From positions 195,346-259,345 of the forward strand of contig CAVTHK010000002.1 of the NCBI GenBank assembly GCA_963734495.1: 64,000 nucleotides of DNA, in the 5' to 3' direction. The translations under genes were made by a program, and so were the position numbers. This document shows, in pieces, positions 13,012-23,806 of this stretch (the first letter of the stretch is position 1; each line of letters starts with the position of its first letter). The notes under the pieces were generated by a model, which saw only the letters and a list, made by a program, of their open reading frames with translations, had not been told where the DNA came from and made no database searches. This DNA is from an uncultured Spirochaetota bacterium (GTDB taxonomy: Bacteria > Spirochaetota > Spirochaetia > SZUA-6 > CAVTHK01).

Positions 13012-14343
13012 GCGTCGCAATGGCGGTCACTCTCGGTCCGGGCAGCGTGTCCCCCCGACACGTCGTCGAAGCGGCGCGCGCGTTCGGCACGCCGCTCTAC
13101 CTCTACGACGAGCGCGCCATCGCCGAGCGGTGCCGCGAGGTCCTCTCGATGCCCCACGCGTTCGGGCTCGAGCCCCGCTACGCGATGAAGGCCAACTCGA
13201 GCAGGGCGATCCTGCAGCTCGTGGCTGCGCAGGGCTTCGGCATCGACGCGAGCTCGCTCAACGAGGCCCGCCGGGCGTACGCCGCGGGGATCCCCTGGCC
13301 GCGGATCATGCTCACGACGCAGGAGGTGCCGCGCGGGAGCGAACGCGCTGATCTCGAGCGGATGATGCGTGCAGGCCTGCGCTACACGGTGTGCTCGCTG
13401 CTGCAGCTCGAGCTGGCGGCCGGCTTCGCCGCGCGCGAGCGGCTGCCGCTGGCCCTGCGCGTGCACCCGGGTGTCGGCTCGGGCGAATCAGCGACCCGCA
13501 ACACGGGCGACAAGTACTCCTGCTTCGGCGTCCACCTCGTCGATCTGCCCGCGGCGCTCGACCTCGCGCGGTCCGTCGGCGTGAGGTTCGATACCGTCCA
13601 CGTCCACATCGGTTCCGGGGGCGACCCTGTCGCCTGGCGCCGGAACGTCGACCGCGAGCTCGCGATCGTGGAGGAGCACTTTCCCGACGCTGCGCGCGTC
13701 AGCTTCGGAGGCGGCCTGAAGGTGGCGCGCATGCCCGACGAGACCCCGGCCGATCCCGCGGCGCTCGGCGCCTACGCGAAAAAGCGGATCGAGGAGCTGG
13801 CAGGCCGGACCGGCCGCCGCCTCGTCATGGAGGTCGAGCCCGGGACCTACATCATGGCAAACGCCGGTTACGTCGTGACCTCGGTTCTGGACGTCAAGCG
13901 GACGGGGCCCGACGGCTTCGAGTTTCTCGTCTGCGATGGAGGCATGGAGGTCAACGCGAGGCCGCTGCTCTACGGCTCGCGTCATCCGTTCTACGTGGTC
14001 GGCGCGGACGGGGCTCTGAAGTCATCGGAGCACGACCTGTCGGGGCTGGACCCCGAGCGCGATCTCCGCGTCGTCGTGGGCCGCTGCTGCGAGAGCGGCG
14101 ATTCGCAGAGCCTCGACGCGGCAGGGCATATCGTGCCGCGCGTCATGTCCGCAGCCGCCCCCGGCGACTACTCTCGTGGTGGGCGGCGCCGGAGCGTACT
14201 GCGCGAGCATGAGCCCCTCGAACTACAATTCTCACGTCCAGGCCACCGAGGCGCTGCTGCGCGCCGACGGCAGGCTCGAGCTCATCCGCCGGAGGCAGAC
14301 CCTCGAGCAGATGACGGCCAACGAGATCGGTCTGGCGGAGTAG
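13008..14343 (+). CDS. lysA: diaminopimelate decarboxylase with an apparent +1 frameshift at ~14172
   Basis: FGTPLYLYDE, YAMKANS, HVHIGSG, FGGG, EPGTY, GRCCESGD; C-terminal GAYCASMS..NYNS lies in another frame ending at TAG 14341-14343. Confidence 0.88.
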
Positions 14344-14365
14344 GCGAAGCCCCCGCGCGGCGCGC

Positions 14366-14397
14366 AAAAAAAGGGCCACCCGCGGGGGTGGCCCTTT
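14366..14397 (-). terminator. rho-independent terminator (possibly bidirectional)
   Basis: AAAGGGCCACC/GGTGGCCCTTT stem with an A7 tract (U7 on minus) between convergent genes. Confidence 0.8.
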
Positions 14398-14413
14398 CCG
14401 TTGGTATCTGACC

Positions 14414-15409
14414 CTAGAACTTGAAGAATGTTTTGAGCTGGAAGGTGACCGCGCTGTTGGCGAAGGAGACGTTCTTGCCCGCGAGCGGGTACATGTAGCC
14501 GACCTCGACCTCGAAAGGCATCGGGATCACGCCCACCACGAAGGCGGCCACCCACGGCCGGATGTTGAGGCTGTACCCTTCGTCGTTCTGGCCAGTGCCG
14601 TCGACCTTGACTTCGGGAGTCATGACGTAGGTGACCGGGATGCCGGCCTTGAGCTGGAGCTTCTTGGGCGTCATCCACTTCTCGAAGTGGGGCTCCGCCT
14701 CGAGGGTGAGCTGGTATCCGAAGTCGAACTCGGCTTCGAGCTCCGTCGGCGCCGGCGTGAAGTCCAGGAACTTGACGTCCCGCTTGAGGTACTTGATGAA
14801 CTCCGAGTAGAGGTTCACATAGAACATGTCGGGGGCTTCGCCGGGCTCCGCCAGTCCGCCTTGATCCTTTACGAACACGTAGTCGAAGTAGGCGCGGCCG
14901 CCGAGCCCGAACACGTGCCTGTCGGCGCTGGCGAGCGCGAAGTCATCGCCGGCGAGCGCGTCCTTGGCCGCCTGCTTGAAGTCGGGGCCCGGAAGCGGCA
15001 CGACGACGCCCGCCGCGGCGGCGAACCGCATCGTGTCGTTCTTCATCGTGGTCACGGGGTCGTCACCCAGGATCTGGACCTTGCCCCCGAGGAACAGGTC
15101 GAAAGCGCCGGCGACGTGGGCTTTGTCGGCCGTGTCGAGCGTCGAGGAGACGATGTAGCCGGGGATCCACTGGGCGGCCAGGTTCACGCCCGGGATGATG
15201 CCGTACTCGAGCGCCGCGCCGATGTTGAAGGTGGTGAGCGTGTCGCTCGCGTCGACCCGCTTGCTGCTGTCGTCGAACGCCTTGTCAGCCATCGTGTAGG
15301 CGCCGGCCACGCGCGCCCTCCACACCCCCTGGGGCAGCACGAGCGCGTCGTCGGCGAACAGCGCGGCTGCCGCGAAGAGAACCAGTGTCACAACCAGCAG
15401 TCTTCTCAT
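14414..15409 (-). CDS. secreted protein, probable outer-membrane beta-barrel
   Basis: Signal peptide MRRLLVVTLVLFAAAALFA, alternating aromatic/hydrophobic strands, C-terminal FQLKTFFKF; AAGGAG RBS. Confidence 0.7.
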   Translation of the reverse strand: MRRLLVVTLVLFAAAALFADDALVLPQGVWRARVAGAYTMADKAFDDSSKRVDASDTLTTFNIGAALEYGIIPGVNLAAQWIPGYIVSSTLDTADKAHVAGAFDLFLGGKVQILGDDPVTTMKNDTMRFAAAAGVVVPLPGPDFKQAAKDALAGDDFALASADRHVFGLGGRAYFDYVFVKDQGGLAEPGEAPDMFYVNLYSEFIKYLKRDVKFLDFTPAPTELEAEFDFGYQLTLEAEPHFEKWMTPKKLQLKAGIPVTYVMTPEVKVDGTGQNDEGYSLNIRPWVAAFVVGVIPMPFEVEVGYMYPLAGKNVSFANSAVTFQLKTFFKF

Positions 15410-15633
15410 TTACGAACTCCTTTCGGCTTCGACGCCGTCATTCAGTGGGACCATTCTACACGAATTGCGTCCTCGCGCAACCCACGCGGGCAAGCCTACC
15501 TGAAACCTCGGCATATCTCACCTTTGGCTGGAGCCCCCGGCGGCGGGAAGCGGGCGACTGGGGAGGATCCGGCCACGCGCTGCGCAAGCTCTGCAAGTCT
15601 CGTCTGATCTTTCAGCAAGCGTTCAGAAAACTC

Positions 15634-15662
15634 TTGACTCGAGCGTCGCCCATGAGAACAAT
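15634..15662 (+). promoter_or_regulatory. sigma70-like promoter, probably leaderless lacI mRNA
   Basis: TTGACT-N17-AACAAT, then 6 nt to the GTG start; no SD. Confidence 0.5.
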
Positions 15663-15668
15663 TGAGCC

Positions 15669-16691
15669 GTGAGCAAGCTTCCCGCAGCGCCCACCCTGGA
15701 TGACGTGGCGCACCGCGCCGGCGTGTCGCCCGCTTCGGTCTCGCGGGTGCTGAACGGCGTCGGCCCGACGAGCACGGCCCTGCGCGATGCCGTACGGAAA
15801 GCCTCCGAGGAGCTGGGGTACGTGCCGCGCCGCTCCCGGCCCTCGGGCGCGCGCCCCGTCGTCGCGGTGCTGACGCCGGACCTGCTGAACCCGTATTTCA
15901 ATGAGATCATCCGCGGCATCGAGGAGCGCGCCTGGATCGCCGGGCTGGTGACGTCCGTCATGGAGGTCGCCGGCAGCCCGGACGCGGGCGGCGCCGCGGC
16001 CGAGTGGCTGAGCTCCGAGCGCGTAAGGGGCACTGTGGTCTTTGGCGGCATCTTCTCCAACGAAGAGCTGAAAGCGTTTGCCGCCTCGCGCACCGATCCG
16101 CTGGTGGCCATCAACCAGGTCATCGAGGACCGGGACATCCTCTGCATCAACATCGATTACGCGACCGCGATGCAGCAGGCGACCACGCACCTGTTGGAGC
16201 TCGGGCACCGGCGGATCGTGTTCGTGGGGAGCGAGAGCTCGCTGACCTCCGAGGCCAAGGTGCGCGGGATCCGGCAGGCTATGGCCCTGAGGGGGCTCGA
16301 GCTCGCCGACGAGGACATCCTCCACGGGGCGGGGACCGTGGAGTGGGGGTTCCAGGCCACGAGCGCGCTGCTGGCGAGGCCGCCGGAAAAGCGGCCCACG
16401 GCCGTCATCGGCGCCAGCGACCTGATCGCCCTCGGAGTGCTGCACGCGGTCCGCAGCGGACAGCTATCGGTCCCGCGCGACGTCTCCGTCGTCGGCTTCG
16501 ACGACATCGCCATGGCGTGCCACGCCAACCCGCCTCTCACGACGATCTCCGCGCCCAAGCCGAACATGGGCCGCCTGGCGGTCGACCTGATCCTGCGCGG
16601 CGGCGACGCGAAGCCGCTGGCGCTCTCGAGCTTCATCATGCTCGAGAGCCCGCTCGTCGTGCGCGAGTCGACGGCCCGCGTGGCCGGGTAG
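15669..16691 (+). CDS. LacI-family transcriptional regulator
   Basis: TLDDVAHRAGVSPASVSRVLN HTH; LGHRRI, SDLIALG, VPRDVSVVGFDD, PPLTTI, LVVREST. Confidence 0.96.
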   Translation: MSKLPAAPTLDDVAHRAGVSPASVSRVLNGVGPTSTALRDAVRKASEELGYVPRRSRPSGARPVVAVLTPDLLNPYFNEIIRGIEERAWIAGLVTSVMEVAGSPDAGGAAAEWLSSERVRGTVVFGGIFSNEELKAFAASRTDPLVAINQVIEDRDILCINIDYATAMQQATTHLLELGHRRIVFVGSESSLTSEAKVRGIRQAMALRGLELADEDILHGAGTVEWGFQATSALLARPPEKRPTAVIGASDLIALGVLHAVRSGQLSVPRDVSVVGFDDIAMACHANPPLTTISAPKPNMGRLAVDLILRGGDAKPLALSSFIMLESPLVVRESTARVAG

Positions 16692-16709
16692 GCGGCCCCC
16701 GGCCGGCGG

Positions 16710-18182
<1,473 letters not shown>

Positions 18183-18187
18183 CTATT

Positions 18188-18205
18188 GCTTGACAGCGGT
18201 CAAGC
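18188..18205. promoter_or_regulatory. palindromic operator candidate overlapping TTGACA
   Basis: GCTTGAC-AGCG-GTCAAGC in the divergent GH1/SBP intergenic region. Confidence 0.5.
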
Positions 18206-18246
18206 GCGGGCGGATTATTCTGGGGCAATACTCCGGAGGAGGTGTC

Positions 18247-19509
18247 ATGAGAAAGCTCGTTTTGCTCGTAGTCATCGTCTCTCTGAGCGGGATCGCCTGG
18301 GCAAGCGGCGGACAGGAAGGCTCCAAGGGTCCCGTCACGCTGACCTGGTGGGCGCTCGACTTCAACAAAGGGCGCGAAGGCGATCTCGCCAAGAAGTACA
18401 TGGATGCCAACCCCAATGTGAAGATCTCCGTCCAGCAGAACACGTCGCTCGGCCTGCAGGACAAGGTGCTCGTGGCGCTGCAGTCCGGGTCCGTTCCCGA
18501 CATCATCGACATCCAGGCGGGCTGGAACATCCCGTACGCCAGCACGGGGCAGGTGCTCGCTCTCGACAGCTACATCGCCAAGTCGACGGTGGTGAAGAAA
18601 GAGGACTTCTGGCCCGCCAACTGGAACTCCGCGAACTACAACGGCAAGGTCTACGGCGTCCCCTACCGCGCCGAGTCCCACGGCTTCATCTACAACAAGA
18701 AGCACTACACGCAGGTCGGCCTCGACCCGAACCAGGGCCCCAGGACCTGGAAGGAGCTGATCGCCAACGCGCAGAAGCTCACGCGGACCGCCGACGGCAG
18801 GAAGATCTACGGCTACGCCATCTGCGGCGGCGGCGAGATCGGCAACATGATCTTCAACATGGTGCCGCAGATCTGGGCCAACGGCGGCGACGTGCTCTCG
18901 GCCGATTACAAGAAGGTCACCATCAACGAGCCGGCCGCGGTCGAGGCCGTGCAGTTCTACACGGACTTCTACACCAAGTACCACACGTCGCCGGACACGA
19001 CGCTGCAGAACGGCGGCAACCAGAATCGCGACCTCTTCATCCAGGAGGTGGTCTCGCAGTTCCAGAGCGGCTCCTACGTCATCTCGGTGGCCAGGGCCGG
19101 CAATCCCAACATGAAGACCGACATGGGGTTCGCGATGATCCCGCCTCCCGAGGGCAAGAAGCCGGCCGCGGTGCTCGGCGGCTGGAACTTCATGATCCCG
19201 CAGAAGACCGCGAACGCCAACGCGGCGTGGAAGCTCGTCGAGTGGCTGGCCCAGCCCGACAACATGGCGTACTACACCGACACGTTCCCGGCGACGGCCT
19301 CGGCCATGAAGAACGCGAAGTTCTCGGATCCGGAGCTCAAGCCGTTCATCGACATGCTGCCCTACACGCACATCAGCCCGCCCCTCAAGGGGTGGATCCA
19401 GATGCAGGCGGCCATCTTCAAGGAGGTGCAGAACGTCCTCCTCGGGCAGAAGCAGGTCAAGCCGGCCATGGACGACGCGGCCGCGGCCATGACCAAGCTG
19501 CTCGACTAG
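18247..19509 (+). CDS. sugar ABC transporter substrate-binding protein
   Basis: Signal peptide then ASGGQE; PDII, YNGKVYGVP, YNKK, PRTWKEL, LGGWN; GGAGGAGG RBS. Confidence 0.92.
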   Translation: MRKLVLLVVIVSLSGIAWASGGQEGSKGPVTLTWWALDFNKGREGDLAKKYMDANPNVKISVQQNTSLGLQDKVLVALQSGSVPDIIDIQAGWNIPYASTGQVLALDSYIAKSTVVKKEDFWPANWNSANYNGKVYGVPYRAESHGFIYNKKHYTQVGLDPNQGPRTWKELIANAQKLTRTADGRKIYGYAICGGGEIGNMIFNMVPQIWANGGDVLSADYKKVTINEPAAVEAVQFYTDFYTKYHTSPDTTLQNGGNQNRDLFIQEVVSQFQSGSYVISVARAGNPNMKTDMGFAMIPPPEGKKPAAVLGGWNFMIPQKTANANAAWKLVEWLAQPDNMAYYTDTFPATASAMKNAKFSDPELKPFIDMLPYTHISPPLKGWIQMQAAIFKEVQNVLLGQKQVKPAMDDAAAAMTKLLD

Positions 19510-19540
19510 CGGGCGGCCGGCCGAACGGGGAGCGTGAGTC

Positions 19541-20417
19541 ATGCGGCACCGGGGCTCGGGCTACGGGCGTCGCGGCGGCGTGGCGTTCACGCTCCCCGTC
19601 ACTCTCTTCCTGCTCACCTTTATCGCGTTCCCCCTGTTCTTCAACGTGCAGCTGAGCTTCGTCTCGAACGGGCATTTCGCCGGGGCCAAGTACATCAGCG
19701 CCGTGCTCACCGACGCAACGATGTGGGACTCGCTGCGGATCACGGCCATCTATGTCGTCGGATCGGTCGTGTTCCAGATCCTGCTCGGGACCGCCGTGGG
19801 CATCGCTCTGGACCAGGAGTTCTACGGAAGGGCCGCGGCGCGCAGCATCACGCTGATCCCTTGGGTGGTCCCGGGGGCCGTAGCCGCGACGACGTGGGCG
19901 TGGATGTACCACGGGGATTTCGGCATCGTCAGTCGCGTGCTGATCGAGCTCGGGGTGGACATCGCCCGCAAGGGGCTGCTCACGGTGCCCTCCACGGTCC
20001 TCGGCGCGTTGATCCTCGTCAACGTCTGGAAGATGTTCCCGTTCGTGGCCGTCATGGTGCTCGCGGGCCTGCAGGGCATCGACCGCAATCTCTACGAGGC
20101 GGCCAAGGTCGACGGGGCGACCTTCTGGCAGGAGGTGCGGCATGATCACGATCCCGAACCTCCGCCACGTCCTGCTCTCCGTGCTTCTGTTGCTGACCAT
20201 CTGGGGGGTCAACAGCATCACGCTCATCTACACGATGACCGGCGGCGGCCCGGCGGATCTCTCGCTGATCCTGCCGCTGCACGTCTACCGGATGGGGTTC
20301 CAGTTCTTCAACTTCAACGTGGCCGCTGTGGAGTCGCTCTTTCTGTTCGTCATGCTCGCGGCTCTGATCGCAGTCTACTTGAGCCTGTTCGGGGAGCGCG
20401 AGGAGCGCCGCAGATGA
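19541..20417 (+). CDS. sugar ABC permease 1 with an apparent +1 frameshift at ~20141
   Basis: IPWVVP, LAGLQGIDRNLYEAAKVDGA (EAA loop); continuation ITIPNLR..MTGGGP is in another frame ending at 20417. Confidence 0.85.
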
Positions 20418-21238
20418 AGCGACGGCCGCGCGTCGGGCTCCACGCCTTCATGATCGTCGTTTGCCTCTTCAGCCTCTTCCCGTTCGTGTGGATGATCACG
20501 ACGTCGCTCAAGACTCTGGGCGACATTCACTCGATCCCGCCGAGGCTGCTGCCGAAGCAGGTGACGGTCGAGAGCTACGGCAACGTCTTTACGAAGTCGA
20601 ACATCCCGCGTTACTTCATCAACAGCGCCATCACCTCCACCGGGGCCACCGCGATCGCGCTGGTCTTCGCCGTGCTGGGCGGGTACGGGTTCTCGCGCTT
20701 CCGCTTCCGGGGCCGCGGCCTGCTGCAGACGGCGGTGCTCTCGGCGCAGATGATGCCGACGGCCGCGATCATCGTGCCGCTGTTCATCATCCTGCGGTCC
20801 ATGGGGCTGCTGAACACCTACCTGGGATTGATCCTGGCCTACCTCATCATCACGCTGCCGCTCAGCGTCTGGATGATGACCGGCTACATCCACTCGATCC
20901 CCGTGGAGATCGAGGAGGCGGCGACGATCGACGGCTGCAGCCGCCTGCGGGTCCTCACGCGCCTCGTGATCCCCATCTCGATGCCGGGCATCGTGGCCAC
21001 GGCCGTGTACTCGTTCGTGGTGACCTGGAACGAGTTCCTGCTGGCGCTCAGCCTCGCGACGGACAAGAAGGTCATGACGCTGCCGATCGGCCTGGCGGAG
21101 TTCACCAAGGAGTACGTCACGGACTGGGGCGCTCTCATGGCGGGCTCGGTCATCATGACCCTGCCCATCGTGGTCGCGTTTTTCGGGCTGCAGCGCGCGT
21201 TCGTGAGCGGACTGACCGCGGGCGCGACCAAAGGATAG
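20414..21238 (+). CDS. sugar ABC permease 2
   Basis: LFPFVWMITTSLK, IPVEIEEAATIDG, WNEFL, LQRAFVSGLTAGATKG; ATGA overlap with permease 1. Confidence 0.93.
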   Translation: MKRRPRVGLHAFMIVVCLFSLFPFVWMITTSLKTLGDIHSIPPRLLPKQVTVESYGNVFTKSNIPRYFINSAITSTGATAIALVFAVLGGYGFSRFRFRGRGLLQTAVLSAQMMPTAAIIVPLFIILRSMGLLNTYLGLILAYLIITLPLSVWMMTGYIHSIPVEIEEAATIDGCSRLRVLTRLVIPISMPGIVATAVYSFVVTWNEFLLALSLATDKKVMTLPIGLAEFTKEYVTDWGALMAGSVIMTLPIVVAFFGLQRAFVSGLTAGATKG

Positions 21239-21249
21239 GACTTCCGGGC

Positions 21250-22182
21250 ATGGTGACTTTCCCCTCGCAGATCGGCATGGGGTCGTTCCAGTTCCGCGAG
21301 GCCGTGCCGGGCAGCGACGCCCTCCGTGTCGCGGCCGAGGTGTGGCGGGCGGCGTGGGAGCACGGCGTGCGCCATATCGACACCGCCCAGAGCTACGGGA
21401 ACGGCGTGTCCGAGGCTGCCGTGGGCGAGATCGTGCGCGGCTACGACGACGCGTTCGTGGCCACGAAGATCCACTACAAAGCGAGCGCCGACGAGGTCGT
21501 GGCCGCCGTCGAACAGAGCCGCTCGCGCCTCGGGCACGACGTCATCGACCTGGTCTACCTGCACTGGCCCCGCCGCGGCCAGGCGTTGCGGCCCGTGATG
21601 GAGGGGTTCGCGCGCTGCCGCGACAAGGGATGGATCAGGCACGCCGGAGCGAGCAACTTTTCCGTGGTGGAGCTCGAGGAGGCGTCCCGGGTGTGCCCGA
21701 TCGACGCCTACCAGATCGGCTACAGCCTCCTCTGGAGGTATCCCGAGCGCGACGTCATCCCGTGGTGCCGCGAGCACGGCGTCGCCGTGATCACCTACAG
21801 TGCTCTCGCGCAGGGGCTGCTGGCGGGAAAGATCCGCGACCGCAGCCAGATTCCGGCGGACGACCCGCGCCTGAAGACGCTGTACTACGACGAGGGGGTC
21901 TTCGAGCGCATCCGGCCCGCGGTCGAGGCCATGGTCCAGGCCGCGGCGGGCGCGCGGGAGCCGCTCGCGCGCCTCGCGTTGGACTGGGTGCTGAGCCGCC
22001 CGGGCGTGTCGGCCACGCTCCTGGGGGCGAGCTCCGCGCGGCAGATCGTCGAGACGCTCCCCGAGGGCTACCCGCACGACGCGGCCGCGGCGGCCAGGGC
22101 CCTGCGGGAGCTCACGCGGCTCTCCGACGAAGTCGCGCCCTTCATTCCCGACATCGGGAACATCTTCAAGCACTACCCGTAG
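21250..22182 (+). CDS. aldo/keto reductase
   Basis: HIDTAQSYGNGVSE, VATK, DLVYLHWP, GASNF, YSALAQGLLAG. Confidence 0.92.
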   Translation: MVTFPSQIGMGSFQFREAVPGSDALRVAAEVWRAAWEHGVRHIDTAQSYGNGVSEAAVGEIVRGYDDAFVATKIHYKASADEVVAAVEQSRSRLGHDVIDLVYLHWPRRGQALRPVMEGFARCRDKGWIRHAGASNFSVVELEEASRVCPIDAYQIGYSLLWRYPERDVIPWCREHGVAVITYSALAQGLLAGKIRDRSQIPADDPRLKTLYYDEGVFERIRPAVEAMVQAAAGAREPLARLALDWVLSRPGVSATLLGASSARQIVETLPEGYPHDAAAAARALRELTRLSDEVAPFIPDIGNIFKHYP

Positions 22183-22331
22183 ACGCAAAGCCGTAGACAC
22201 AGAGGGCCGGTTGGTGCGATTCTGCAGCGGCCGCGGCGGCCCCGGGCGGCCGGAGCCGCCGGACGCGATCAAGCGCGGGCCGGCTGCCCGCGCACAAACA
22301 GCTCCCGCGGGAACAGCAGGAGGAGGGAAGA

Positions 22332-22778
22332 ATGGAACAGATTGGCACGAAGGCCTTTATGCAGATCTGCCTCGTGGTCAAGGACGCGGAGAAGACCATG
22401 AAGAACTTCATGGACACGTTCGGCATCGAGAAGGGGACGCTCAAGGTCATCCCCGAGCCGGAGACCTTCCGCACGATCTACCGCGGCAAGCAGATCAAGA
22501 CCAAGACCAAGTACTACGTGTTCAAGATGGGCGAGATGACGATCGAGCTCACCGAGCCGGACGAAGTGCCCAGCGTCTGGAAGGAGATCTTCGACGAGCA
22601 GGGGCAGGGGCTGTGCTACCTCGGCGTGATGGTCCCGGATTCCGCAAAGGCCGTGAAATCGCTCGAGAAGGCGGGGAACCCCTGCATCCACTACGGCGGC
22701 AACGAAAAGTCGAACTACAACATCGTGGATTGCCGGGAGTCGCTCGGCTTCTACATGAACGTCAAGATGCAGAAGTAA
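22332..22778 (+). CDS. VOC/glyoxalase-superfamily protein (methylmalonyl-CoA epimerase-like), metal ligands partly lost
   Basis: QICLVVKD, IELTEP, SVWKEIFDEQGQGLCYLG; GGAGG RBS. Confidence 0.8.
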   Translation: MEQIGTKAFMQICLVVKDAEKTMKNFMDTFGIEKGTLKVIPEPETFRTIYRGKQIKTKTKYYVFKMGEMTIELTEPDEVPSVWKEIFDEQGQGLCYLGVMVPDSAKAVKSLEKAGNPCIHYGGNEKSNYNIVDCRESLGFYMNVKMQK

Positions 22779-22826
22779 GGGCCCGCCGAGTACGGCGGAC
22801 TCGGGACTTCGCGAGGGCGCGAAGTC
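22779..22826 (+). repeat. divergent member of the GGGCCC..CTCGGGACTT-hairpin repeat family
   Basis: Shares the 13-mer GGACTCGGGACTT with 61751-61763; hairpin GACTTCGCG/CGCGAAGTC followed by an RBS. Confidence 0.5.
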
Positions 22827-22840
22827 ATAGGAGCAGGAAG

Positions 22841-23257
22841 ATGGCGATTACGGGAATCGGGCACCTGGCGCTGACCGTCAGCGACATGAAGAAGTCGCTG
22901 GATTTCTACACCGGGCCCATGGGGTTCACCAAGGTCTTCGAGATTCCGGACGACAGCGGCAAGCCCTGGATCGTGTACCTCAAGGTGGGCAGCGGCCAGT
23001 TCGTCGAGCTCTTCTATCCCGCCGGCGAATCGGCGGCTGACGGCGTCAAGCGGGCGGGGTTCAATCACGCCTGCTTCCTGGTCGACGACATCCACAAGAC
23101 CGTGGCCGACATCCAGAAGCGCGGCGGCGTCCTCGACCGGCCGATCAAGACGGGCAAGGACGGCAACGCCCAGGCGTGGGTCAAGGACCCCGACGGGACG
23201 CGGATCGAGCTGATGCAGATCATGCCGCAGTCCCCGCACGCGAAGCACGCGAAATAG
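22841..23257 (+). CDS. VOC family protein (glyoxalase I-like)
   Basis: GIGHLALTVSD, FVELF, FNHACFLVDDI, DPDGTRIELMQ (H/E/H/E ligands). Confidence 0.9.
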   Translation: MAITGIGHLALTVSDMKKSLDFYTGPMGFTKVFEIPDDSGKPWIVYLKVGSGQFVELFYPAGESAADGVKRAGFNHACFLVDDIHKTVADIQKRGGVLDRPIKTGKDGNAQAWVKDPDGTRIELMQIMPQSPHAKHAK

Positions 23258-23316
23258 GGGCGCCGGGGCGGCCCGGGGGACGCCCCCGGGGGCGCCCTGC
23301 ACGAGGGGAGAAGCAG

Positions 23317-23769
23317 ATGAAGCAGCCGCTGGACACCAGCGTGGTGACCCAGGTCGCCATCATCGTCAAGGACATCGAGAAGTCGGCGAAAGATTTCGCC
23401 GAGTTCCTGGGCGCCGCCGTGCCCGAGATCCGGGTCACCGCGCCGCGGGAAACCGCGCAGACGATGCACCGCGGAAAGCCGAGCGAGGCGCGGGCGAAGC
23501 TCGCCTTTTTCGACATCGGGCCGGGGCTCCGCCTGGAGCTCATCGAGCCCGACGAGCACCCGAGCACCTGGCGCGAGTACCTGGACGAGCACGGCGAGGG
23601 CGTCCATCACATCGCCTTCAACATCAAGGGGACGAAGCAGAAGATCGACCGCCTGGGCAAGGACGGCATGCCCCTGATCCAGACGGGCGAGTACAAGGGC
23701 GGCCGGTACGCGTACATCGACGCGCTCGGCAAGCTCAAGACCGTCATCGAGCTGCTCGAGAACGATTGA
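23317..23769 (+). CDS. VOC family protein (methylmalonyl-CoA epimerase-like)
   Basis: TQVAIIVKDIE, LELIEP, YLDEHGEGVHHIAF, IELLE. Confidence 0.9.
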   Translation: MKQPLDTSVVTQVAIIVKDIEKSAKDFAEFLGAAVPEIRVTAPRETAQTMHRGKPSEARAKLAFFDIGPGLRLELIEPDEHPSTWREYLDEHGEGVHHIAFNIKGTKQKIDRLGKDGMPLIQTGEYKGGRYAYIDALGKLKTVIELLEND

Positions 23770-23806
23770 GCCGGCCGCGGTCCGCCGCGACGCCGATTGC
23801 GGCCCG

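Noticed and set aside
18247-21238. ABC sugar transporter without an ATPase gene
   Set aside because: CUT1 systems commonly share an MsmK/MsmX-type ATPase encoded elsewhere.
22177-22204. GACGCAAAGCC resembling the c-di-GMP-I riboswitch core
   Set aside because: The upstream GGCAAA/P2 GNRA elements are absent (that region is AKR coding sequence); it is better explained as an imperfect 14-bp duplication CCGTAGACGCAAAG/CCGTAGACACAGAG.
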